Below are positions 29,819 to 37,393 of a stretch of 37,393 nt of DNA, in pieces. The DNA comes from Myxococcota bacterium (GTDB lineage Bacteria; Myxococcota_C; UBA6777): NCBI GenBank assembly GCA_023150835.1, contig JAKLKB010000089.1, positions 1 through 37,393 of the forward strand, written 5' to 3'. The notes under the pieces are model-generated. The model did not search any database. It was not told where the DNA came from and saw only the letters and a program-made list of their open reading frames with translations. Position 1 is the stretch's first letter. Each line of letters opens with the position of its first letter. Made by a program: the position numbers and the translations under genes.

Positions 29819-31649
29819 TCATCGCTTCCCTTGATGCTTTTTCAACCATGCCTCGATCTTCTCTTGCCGCGCAAACCGCCCTCGCATCCGCATCACCAAA
29901 CGCTTCGCATCCTCCTCCCGACCCTGCGATACCCATAGTTCCGCCAGATCCAACACCAACCTTGATGACACCTTCGGCAACCACAAGCCTTTCCGCCAAT
30001 ACTTCTCCGCCTCCCCCAAACGCCCTCGCATCCGTTCGATATGCCCCAGTCCCCACAACGGCGTCACACTCTTGTCCCCTCCCACCATCCCCAACACCCG
30101 CAAAAACAACTCCTCTGCTCGCTTCAAATGCGACTCCCGTTCCGCCGATCCCTTCGGCAGATCCCATGCCCGATACAAACATACCAACCCCAAACTATTC
30201 CACCCCTGAGGCCGCAACGGGGCCACTTCCACCGCCACCCGCAACAACTTCTCCGCCTCCTCAAAACGCCCCCGCTGCACCGCGATCGCTCCCAAATTCG
30301 TCGTCGCACCGATATGACGCGGATCTTGCCGATACACATACAGCCACAACGCCACATCACTCTCCCACGCACCCACATAACGATGCGTCTCCATACCCCA
30401 CGCCAACAACGCCGGCAACACCGCCCATCCCAGCCACTTCACCTTCACCGCCATCCTCTCCAACAACATCGCACCACCCCACGCACACACCACCACAACC
30501 AACAACAAAAACCGATCCGCATGATGCTGATTCACCCGCAAGATCCCCACATACGGCAACAACACACACGCCAAACCCACCACAAACACCCACAACATCG
30601 GCATTTTCGCCCCACTCCGCCCCGCCCACAACATCCCTCCCAACACCAACACACCCAACCAAGGCCACGGATCCATCCACCAAGACTCATACAAAAAACG
30701 ACCCTCATAACTCGGCGAAAGATCCCACGGCAGCAACCACCTCACCACCGACCACAACGGCATCCCCAACGCATGAAACAACCTCCTCCACAACGGATCT
30801 CCCACCGCTCCTCCCACCTCCACGATCTGATTCCGCACACCCACCCACAACGTCCAACTCACCCAACATCCCGCCATCACCACCACCACCGCATAACCCT
30901 TCCACCACCGACGCCAAAGCTCTCGACCCCTCCACCACCACCAACCGCCCAACATCGGCACAACCACCACACCCGCACCCTTGCTCAACAATGCACCCAC
31001 ACTCCACACTCCCACCCACCACATCCACCCCCTCCCCTCACCCGAAACCTCCGATGCCTCGCCCTCTTCACCCAATACCCGCGATGACTTCCCCTTCTTC
31101 TCCTTACCCTCTTTTCCGCGCTCTCCCTTCTCTTTTCCGCGCTCTCCCTTCTCTTTTCCGCGCTCTCCCCTCCCTTCTCCCGCCCTCCGCCACACCTCCA
31201 ACGCTCGATCCGCTCCCCACAACGCCAACAACACACACAGCCCATACAACAAGTCTTTCCGACCACTCACCCACGCCACAGGCTCCACACACAACGGATG
31301 CAACCCCACCATCCCCACACCCACCCAAGCCCACCCTCGCCCCAACCCCATCCGACGCCCCAACAACCACACCCACAACAAACACATCACAAACAACCAC
31401 ACATTCGTCCCATGAAACGTCCTCGCTTGCATCCCACACCTCTCCCTTCCACGCTGCTCGCGGCGACAACAACTCACCCCATGCCCCTCCCTCCCCTTGC
31501 GCGATCTGCCAAAACACCCGACGCTCTAAGTATTTCTTGTCATCCCACTTCAACAGCGGATACCCCCACACCCGACCGTACAACCACAACACTCCCAACA
31601 CCACACAACAACCCCAACCCCACACACTCCATCTCTCTTTCCATCCCAT
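29819..31649 (-). pseudogene. TMTC-like GT-C membrane glycosyltransferase with C-terminal TPRs, frameshifted near 31433 (real lesion or assembly error)
   Basis: 5' frame has a TM helix plus 'KWDDKKY'; 3' frame has 'FHGTN', 'HPLCVEPVAWVSGRKDLL', 'ALLSKG', 'ADRFL' and TPRs. The frames switch at ...GTGTGGGATG... Confidence 0.75.
31109..31169. repeat. 21-bp tandem repeat (about 3 copies)
   Basis: CTCTTTTCCGCGCTCTCCCTT units, encoding GERGKEK on the minus strand. Confidence 0.9.
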
Positions 31650-31694
31650 CTCTCGCCTCGCTTCAATATCATCAAAAATGGCACAATCAGTTCA

Positions 31695-31720
31695 TTTTTT
31701 GTTTGTTTACAAATAAAAAA
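31695..31720. promoter_or_regulatory. AT-rich palindrome, candidate operator in a divergent promoter region
   Basis: TTTTTTGTTTGT-TT-ACAAATAAAAAA (11 of 12 pairs). Confidence 0.45.
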
Positions 31721-31850
31721 GAGACAATATTTTTGCTCCTAGAACACACAGCATCCTCTCTGTGTTCAAAACACATACTCTATCGCCCAATAGACGGGCA
31801 AGACCACCACTAACCCATCCCTGAATCGATGGGCTTAAAAGGAGCATCCC

Positions 31851-32297
31851 ATGAACGCACAAGCCGCAGCCCCCGCACTCACAAGCCAAGCTTCCGTATC
31901 CACCGAAAAAACCACCCTCGACAAGATCGTTCTCGCCGTACGCATCCTTACAGGCTTGATCTGGGTCGTCTTTGGACTCAATGGCTTCCTTCACTTTATA
32001 CCCATGCCACCGCTCCCCTCCAAAGCAGGGGCCTTTATGGGCGCTCTCGCCGCCACAGGCTACATGTTCCCCCTCATTAAAGGCACCGAGATCCTCGGCG
32101 GGCTGCTGCTCCTTTCAGGGCGCTTCACCCCGATCGGCTTGGTCCTGCTCGCTCCCGTCGCCGTCAATATCCTCGCCTTCCACCTCTTCCTTGCGCCTGC
32201 TGGCACGATCATGCCCCTTCTCTTGATCGCCGGCGGCCTCTTCCTCGCTTGGCAACACCGCGATATCTACGCCCCTGTCCTCGGACTCAAAAACTAA
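31851..32297 (+). CDS. DoxX family membrane protein
   Basis: RILTGLIWVVFGLNGFLHF, FMGALAATGY, LAPVAVNILAFH; AAGGAG SD. Confidence 0.9.
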   Translation: MNAQAAAPALTSQASVSTEKTTLDKIVLAVRILTGLIWVVFGLNGFLHFIPMPPLPSKAGAFMGALAATGYMFPLIKGTEILGGLLLLSGRFTPIGLVLLAPVAVNILAFHLFLAPAGTIMPLLLIAGGLFLAWQHRDIYAPVLGLKN

Positions 32298-32383
32298 ATC
32301 CCATCCAACGATCATCGCCGTACCCCCAACAACCCGTGTTCGCGAACCTTCAAGCGGCACAGTCGCTTGTGTGAAAAGCGCCT

Positions 32384-32527
32384 ATCCACACCGCCAACAC
32401 GGGGTCAAGGGGGCAAATCTGTCTCTGCCGCATTGCAAGTCAAGGCAAACTCGACGCCTCATCCACACCGCCAACACGGGGTCAAGGGGGCAAAGCTCCC
32501 TTGTGGGGTGTGGGGTGCCAACCCACA
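32384..32527. repeat. Two 34-bp direct repeats with REP-like GC hairpins
   Basis: ATCCACACCGCCAACACGGGGTCAAGGGGGCAAA at 32384-32417 and 32461-32494; the second copy extends into hairpins CAAGGGGGC/GCTCCCTTG and TGTGGG/CCCACA. Confidence 0.8.
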
Positions 32528-32651
32528 AACAACCTCCCACCGCGCAAGTCCGACAACAAGCGACACACCCGTTTTTTCCACAGCGAATCTCTGCGTGGTT
32601 TCCCAGCATCTTTATGATCACTTGAGATCAGATCACCATCGCTCACGTTTG

Positions 32652-32695
32652 CCCCCAAAGCCTCCTTCTACCCCACATGATCGAGGCTTTGGGGG
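32652..32695. repeat. Perfect 13-bp inverted repeat upstream of the FMN reductase gene
   Basis: CCCCCAAAGCCTC-N18-GAGGCTTTGGGGG. Confidence 0.7.
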
Positions 32696-32731
32696 TGAGA
32701 CCGCGTAGCGCCGCCCAAAGGAATCCCACCG

Positions 32732-33304
32732 ATGACCTCGACCCCTCTCCGACTACTCGGCATCTCTGGATCTCTCCGAAAGCATTCCCTCAACACCGCT
32801 CTCCTACAAGCCGCCCAAGAGCTTCTCCCCCCTGACGTTTCCCTCACCCTTCATCCCCTCAACGATATCCCCCTCTACAACGGCGACCTCGAATCCTCAC
32901 TCCCCGAAGCTGTCTCCGCCTTCAAACACGCCATCGCCCAATCTGACGGACTCCTGATCTCTACCCCCGAATACAACTACAGCATCCCGGGCGTCCTCAA
33001 AAACGCCATCGATTGGGCTTCTCGACCTGCCTACAAATCTCCCCTCGCTCACAAACCCGTCGGTATCCTCGGCGCAAGTCCCAGTCCCTACGGCACTGTT
33101 CGCGCACAAGACCACCTCCGACACGTCCTCGCTGCTGTCCATGCCTACGCTCTCCCCCATCACGGCCTCTTGCTTGGCGGCGCAAACCAAAAATTCGACG
33201 AACACCGCCACATCAACGACCCCTCCACCCGCGAACGCCTCCAAGTTTTTCTCGCTGATCTCGCCTCTTGGACTCGACGCTTCCGCACACCACACCACCC
33301 CTAA
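32732..33304 (+). CDS. NADPH-dependent FMN reductase (ChrR-like)
   Basis: GISGSLRKHSLN, IPLYNGDLE, TPEYNYSIPGVLKNAIDWASRP. Confidence 0.94.
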   Translation: MTSTPLRLLGISGSLRKHSLNTALLQAAQELLPPDVSLTLHPLNDIPLYNGDLESSLPEAVSAFKHAIAQSDGLLISTPEYNYSIPGVLKNAIDWASRPAYKSPLAHKPVGILGASPSPYGTVRAQDHLRHVLAAVHAYALPHHGLLLGGANQKFDEHRHINDPSTRERLQVFLADLASWTRRFRTPHHP

Positions 33305-33314
33305 CGCAACACAC

Positions 33315-33484
33315 CTTCCCTTCCCTTCGCTTCCCCTTCGCTTCCCCTTCGCTTCCCCTTCGCTTCCCCTTCGCTTCCCCTTCCGCTTCCCCTTCGCTTC
33401 CCCTTCGCTTCCCTTTCGCTTCCCCTTCGCTTCCCCTTCCCCTTCGCTTCCCCTTCCTTTTCCGTGTTTTCCGTGTTTTCCGTG
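33315..33484. repeat. Intergenic minisatellite: about 12 copies of CTTCCCCTTCG plus 3 copies of TTTTCCGTG
   Basis: Directly visible tandem units between convergent genes. Confidence 0.95.
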
Positions 33485-33513
33485 GACTCTTGGCCCCATC
33501 AAACCAGCCGATA

Positions 33514-34086
33514 CTACGGTCTTTTTTTGCAAGGGATCATTCGGCATTGCGTTTCGCAGACCGCGCCTTGCGCGATACAATGCGGCTTACATACCACGTT
33601 ATGCACGATGCAATGAGGCTTGCACACCGCTCCTTGTACGATGCAATGGCTTTTGCACACAGCGTTTTGGATCTCGCAGTGGGGTTTGCAGATCAGTTGA
33701 CCGGGGATGCAATGGAGTTGTTGACACTTTTTGATACAGCCTCGGCGGATCTTCTTCGAAAGTGCGATCGGACCAAGCGCAGCGATACAAGCCGCTACAC
33801 AACCCGGTTTCGAGACGGTTTTACAGATTTGGTTCCCCCGCTTACAGATCTTCCGACACACCCGCGTCCCGCCGCTGCACACTTTTTTGCACACCTGTTG
33901 GCCACCGCTGCACACTCGATTGCAAACGCGACTCCCTCCGCTACACACGTTTCGGCACACCTGCTGCCCTGCCCGACAAACCTTTCGGCATTCCTTACAC
34001 ATCTTCGGAAATGGACCCGCCTCTGCCACCCCACCCCAAAACAACCACGCACAAACCAACGCTCCTGCACTCCACCACTTTTTCAT
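33514..34086 (-). CDS. Secreted cysteine-rich protein with 11-residue (C-x3-C-x6) repeats
   Basis: AAGGAG SD, signal peptide MKKWW...AEA, 28 Cys in the predicted mature chain. Confidence 0.85.
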   Translation of the reverse strand: MKKWWSAGALVCAWLFWGGVAEAGPFPKMCKECRKVCRAGQQVCRNVCSGGSRVCNRVCSGGQQVCKKVCSGGTRVCRKICKRGNQICKTVSKPGCVAACIAALGPIALSKKIRRGCIKKCQQLHCIPGQLICKPHCEIQNAVCKSHCIVQGAVCKPHCIVHNVVCKPHCIAQGAVCETQCRMIPCKKRP

Positions 34087-34230
34087 CGCCCGCTCCTTCA
34101 AAAATGAAATAGATCGACCCGCTCGCCCGGAAGCGCTCCCGAACGACCGCAACCATGCTACGTTGCTCTCATGGATCGCTTGTCAGACGCCCCTTGCCGA
34201 TGGTTATTCACCTCCCGCCACAAAGCACCC

Positions 34231-34259
34231 TTGACACTTCCCCATTTTCCACCTAATCT
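34231..34259 (+). promoter_or_regulatory. Sigma70 promoter for the PLD-CBM20 gene
   Basis: TTGACA-17 bp-TAATCT, about 60 bp before the ATG. Confidence 0.65.
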
Positions 34260-34317
34260 CGCGCCGTTAGACGCCTTTCATCCACCCACGACCGCCTGAC
34301 CTTGTGCGAGGATCACC

Positions 34318-36072
34318 ATGCCCGATAGAATCAACCACCGCCCCAACCTCCCACCCATCACCCAGCCCTCCACAAGCCACACCTCTCCTACAAACAACAC
34401 CTCTCCTACAAACAACACCTCTCCCACAAGCCACACCTCTCCCACAAACAACACCACTCCCACAGGCGGCATCACCGCCGAGATGCAACGCACTCTCGGA
34501 CTTGCACAAGCCAACCACACCTCCCCTGTCCTCAAAACATGGTTTGCCCCGTACGAAGACACCCGTAAGCCCGAACTTGCCCTTCTTGACGAAGTGATCG
34601 CCGCCCGAAAAGCCGATCCCCGCACCTTTCAAGAAGGCCAAAACCCCTACAAGATCAACTACGCCGTCTACAACATCTCCAGCCAAGAGATCCTCGAAAA
34701 ACTCGCCGAAGCCAACCGCGCTGGCGTCGATGTCCAAGTCCTAATCGAAGAGGACCAACTCGACCCCAAAAAAACATGGAACGACGGCGATGACTACTTG
34801 ATCCGCAACGGCTTTGAATTCGCCCCCGATCACAAACAGCTCACCCCCGAAGAACGCCACACCGCCGACCTCATCGGCATCAAAAACTCCACCCTCATGC
34901 ACCTCAAAACCCGCATCTTCGAGTACCCCGACCCCCAAACAGGCGATCTCAAACAAACCGTCCTCACGGGCTCGATGAACCCGGGCGAAAGCGCCGTCCA
35001 CAACGACGAAAACCTCATGCAGATCAACGATCCCCGCGTCGCTCGCCGCTACATCGAGATGTACGAAGCCGTCCGCGACGGCAAAGAGATCAAAAACGAA
35101 TTTGACCCCCAATCCCCGATCAACGTGATGTTCACAGGCGCACCCGTCAAAGACGGCCAGTCCGTCACACGCCAGATCTTCAACATGATCGACCAAGAAA
35201 AAGAAGCCATCTTCCTCAGCGTCTTCACCCTGCGCAACCTCACCACCGACTCCGACCGCCAAAATCTCGTCGACAAACTCAAAGCCGCCCACGATCGCGG
35301 TGTCCCCGTCGTCGTGATCACCGACAAAAAACAATCCGACGGCGTCGACGCCCAAGGCAACCGCACTTTCAGCGACGACCAGACCGAAGACCTCCTCCAA
35401 AAAGCAGGCATCCCCACCTACGAAGCCCTCAACCCTTCGGGGCCTTTCAATGCCATGCACGCCAAAAGCGCCATCTTCGGCCTCACCGACATGAAGGTGA
35501 TCACCGACACAGGAAACTGGACCAAAGCCGCACTCAGTGGCCGAGGCTCCCGCTACGCCCAAAACGAAGAATCCTATCTCTTCGTCGACTCTGGCAAACT
35601 CGACAACAACCAAACAGGGATGCGCTACCTCGGAAATTTCTTGAATCTCTTGCGCGCTTATGCCCCCCAAAATCCCGACCAACCCGCAGCCGAAGAACTC
35701 ATCAACAAACTCTCCAGCCATCCCGCATGGCCCCGTGTCAACGTCGACTTCTCCGTCATGGCGCACACCTTCATGGGCCAAGATGTCTATATCACAGGCA
35801 ACCATCCCGCCGTCGGCAACTGGACCCAAGACGGTCCCGGCCTCAAACTCAATACCAGCCCGGGACGTTATCCTTTTTGGGAATCAGGCGGGGCCTTGGA
35901 ACTGCCCTTCGGTGCGCAGTTTGAGTACAAGATCGTCAAGCGCGAACCCAACGGCTCCCTCCAATGGGAAGCCGGACCCAACGCCTTCTTGATCGTCGAT
36001 CCCACCGATATCCGCTCCGGCCAAGGCCTCGGCAACACCCTTCTGCGTTCCGACGACTTCACACCCCCATGA
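34318..36072 (+). CDS. Phospholipase D superfamily protein with C-terminal CBM20 starch-binding domain
   Basis: Two HxK motifs (MHLKTRIFE...TGSMN; MHAKSAIFG...DTGNW). C-terminal 'GQDVYITGNHPAVGNW...YPFW...FEYKIVK...WEAGPN' matches CBM20. Confidence 0.85.
   Translation: MPDRINHRPNLPPITQPSTSHTSPTNNTSPTNNTSPTSHTSPTNNTTPTGGITAEMQRTLGLAQANHTSPVLKTWFAPYEDTRKPELALLDEVIAARKADPRTFQEGQNPYKINYAVYNISSQEILEKLAEANRAGVDVQVLIEEDQLDPKKTWNDGDDYLIRNGFEFAPDHKQLTPEERHTADLIGIKNSTLMHLKTRIFEYPDPQTGDLKQTVLTGSMNPGESAVHNDENLMQINDPRVARRYIEMYEAVRDGKEIKNEFDPQSPINVMFTGAPVKDGQSVTRQIFNMIDQEKEAIFLSVFTLRNLTTDSDRQNLVDKLKAAHDRGVPVVVITDKKQSDGVDAQGNRTFSDDQTEDLLQKAGIPTYEALNPSGPFNAMHAKSAIFGLTDMKVITDTGNWTKAALSGRGSRYAQNEESYLFVDSGKLDNNQTGMRYLGNFLNLLRAYAPQNPDQPAAEELINKLSSHPAWPRVNVDFSVMAHTFMGQDVYITGNHPAVGNWTQDGPGLKLNTSPGRYPFWESGGALELPFGAQFEYKIVKREPNGSLQWEAGPNAFLIVDPTDIRSGQGLGNTLLRSDDFTPP
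34372..34461. repeat. 18-bp tandem repeat (5 copies) encoding T(S/N)(H/N)T(S/T)P
   Basis: ACAAGCCACACCTCTCCT / ACAAACAACACCTCTCCT-type units. Confidence 0.9.
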
Positions 36073-36146
36073 TGCGACCTTCCAACCGTCCGCAATACCC
36101 TTCTGCGTTCCGACGACTTCACACCCCCATGATGCGACCTTCCAAC
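36032..36146. repeat. 60-bp-period duplication of a stop/start junction
   Basis: GCAA(C/T)ACCCTTCTGCGTTCCGACGACTTCACACCCCCATGATGCGACCTTCCAAC occurs twice. Confidence 0.92.
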
Positions 36147-37393
36147 ACGCCTTTTGTACCGAGACGACCGCTCAACACGCCCTTTTTATTCGGCTTCATC
36201 GCGCTGCTTTTGTTCTGTTGGGTGGCGCTTCTCGCCTGCGACACCCTCCCCGCCCAAGAATCCCTCACCGAATCCACCCACGAATCCGCCTCGGATGCCT
36301 CGACCGAATCCGCCTCCACCGAACTCTCTGTTGATCGTCCCTCCGAGGCTTCACCGACAGAAACCACACCTGATCCGTTTCCGCCCGAAGACACGCCCGA
36401 AACCATACAAGACTCCTCCAACGAAACCACCGAATCCTCCAACGAGATCGCCACCGAAACCACCGAAAAGATCATCCCTGAAACCACGCCCACAGAGGAG
36501 ACCGCCAACGATATGCCCGATCAACCCACCGGACCCCAACGCATCCAATGGGCCAGTCTCCAATGGCCCCCCGTCGTTACTGTCTACGCACAACAAACCA
36601 GCCGCCCGATCTACGGCCAATTTTACGCACAAGGCTACACCGACCAACAAAAAGGCCAACCTCTCCCTCGCGCTTCTGTCGAGATCGGATACGGTCCCTT
36701 GGACTCCGACCCCCGCAACCAACCCTCCACATGGCGATGGTCCACCCAAACCACCTTCCACAAAAGTACAGGACTCCAAGACAACAACCACGAATACAAG
36801 GCCACGCTCACCATCCCCCAAGCGGGCCACTACCACTACACCTTCCGCTATCGGCTTGAAGATGGCCCTTGGTTCTACGGAGATCGGGCTGATTACGGTC
36901 GCCTTGGCAGTCAAGACGGCTTCTCTCCTAAAGACATGGGCGTGATCGCTGTGGTCCAATCGGGCGCTCGCTTTCGCATGGCCTCTTTCAACCTGCACTG
37001 CCTCGTCGAACAGCCCGAAAAACGCCTCCAAGCCATCGCCGACGCCATCGCCACCGAGCAGATCGATTTCCTCTCGCTCCAAGAAGTCTGCCGCCCCCAA
37101 GCTTCCGCCATCCCCGACTCCGCCGCTCGCCTCGCCACTCTTCTCCAACAAAAAGGACTCCCCTACACCTCTTTCTTTTCACAAACCCACGTCGGCCAAC
37201 ACGATGGCGCTTCTTTTGACGAAGGCATCGGCTTTTTGAGCCGCTACCCCGTCATTGAAACCCAAGCTCTCCCCATCCCCCCCAACCACACTCCCCCCGC
37301 CGGCGCTTGTCCGCGCAAAGCCGCTTGGGGACGCCTCGCCACCCCTGTGGGGATCTTGTCGCTGCGCTCGACTCACCTTGCCTTTCGTTCTGC
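36069..37393 (+). CDS. Putative lipoprotein with acidic linker, amylopullulanase-associated-like beta domain and EEP (endonuclease/exonuclease/phosphatase) domain; 3'-partial
   Basis: Not in the ORF track because it runs off the window. Manual translation from ATG 36069 or 36129 gives lipobox LLAC, 'IQWASLQWPP...IYGQFY...EIGYGP...NNHEYKATL', then 'SFNLH...FLSLQEV...DEGIGFLSRYP...STHL'. Confidence 0.85.
   Translation, partial: MMRPSNRPQYPSAFRRLHTPMMRPSNTPFVPRRPLNTPFLFGFIALLLFCWVALLACDTLPAQESLTESTHESASDASTESASTELSVDRPSEASPTETTPDPFPPEDTPETIQDSSNETTESSNEIATETTEKIIPETTPTEETANDMPDQPTGPQRIQWASLQWPPVVTVYAQQTSRPIYGQFYAQGYTDQQKGQPLPRASVEIGYGPLDSDPRNQPSTWRWSTQTTFHKSTGLQDNNHEYKATLTIPQAGHYHYTFRYRLEDGPWFYGDRADYGRLGSQDGFSPKDMGVIAVVQSGARFRMASFNLHCLVEQPEKRLQAIADAIATEQIDFLSLQEVCRPQASAIPDSAARLATLLQQKGLPYTSFFSQTHVGQHDGASFDEGIGFLSRYPVIETQALPIPPNHTPPAGACPRKAAWGRLATPVGILSLRSTHLAFRS

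Noticed and set aside
29686-31716. 676-aa Pro/Thr/His-rich + strand ORF resembling a mucin
   Set aside because: Antisense to the TMTC-like gene, which has recognisable family motifs.
32384-32494. CRISPR mini-array (34-bp repeats, 43-bp spacer)
   Set aside because: Only two repeats, no cas genes or AT-rich leader adjacent, and the repeat runs into REP-like hairpins.
33514-34086. Multiheme cytochrome c
   Set aside because: Motifs are CxxHC and CxxxC, not CxxCH.
32897-34107. ORFs 32897..33580 (-), 33141..33734 (+) and 33268..34107 (+) with repeat-derived peptides
   Set aside because: They are read-throughs of the minisatellite that overlap better-supported genes.
36154-36945. 263-aa + strand ORF in the track
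   Set aside because: Wrong frame; the frame starting at 36069/36129 has the lipobox and EEP motifs and runs off the window.

Overview
Bacterial chromosomal window, probably from a Myxococcota-like metagenome assembly (inferred from gene style; one 25-N gap). The left half carries a complete minus-strand Complex I operon (nuoA-B-CD-E-F-G-H-I-J-K-L-M-N) in which several subunits have low-complexity or repeat extensions. Downstream of it lie an FkbM methyltransferase, a GNAT-fold protein and a structured intergenic region that could be an sRNA. The middle holds an FGE-sulfatase-domain protein, a CpsB/CapC-type PHP phosphatase, an unusual fusion of a degenerate MGDG-synthase-like glycosyltransferase with a PspA/Vipp1-like coiled coil, then infC (AUC start)-rpmI-rplT-ihfA without pheST, DUF368 and apt. 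The right part is accessory: a two-fibrinogen-domain lipoprotein, a frameshifted TMTC-like GT-C/TPR gene, DoxX, an NADPH-FMN reductase, a secreted 28-Cys protein with mirror-symmetric cysteine spacing, and a coupled pair (PLD-CBM20 plus an EEP phosphatase lipoprotein that runs off the window). The right half has a strong C-over-G skew on the + strand, and short tandem duplications are common. All family calls come from motif recognition by eye; no searches were run.
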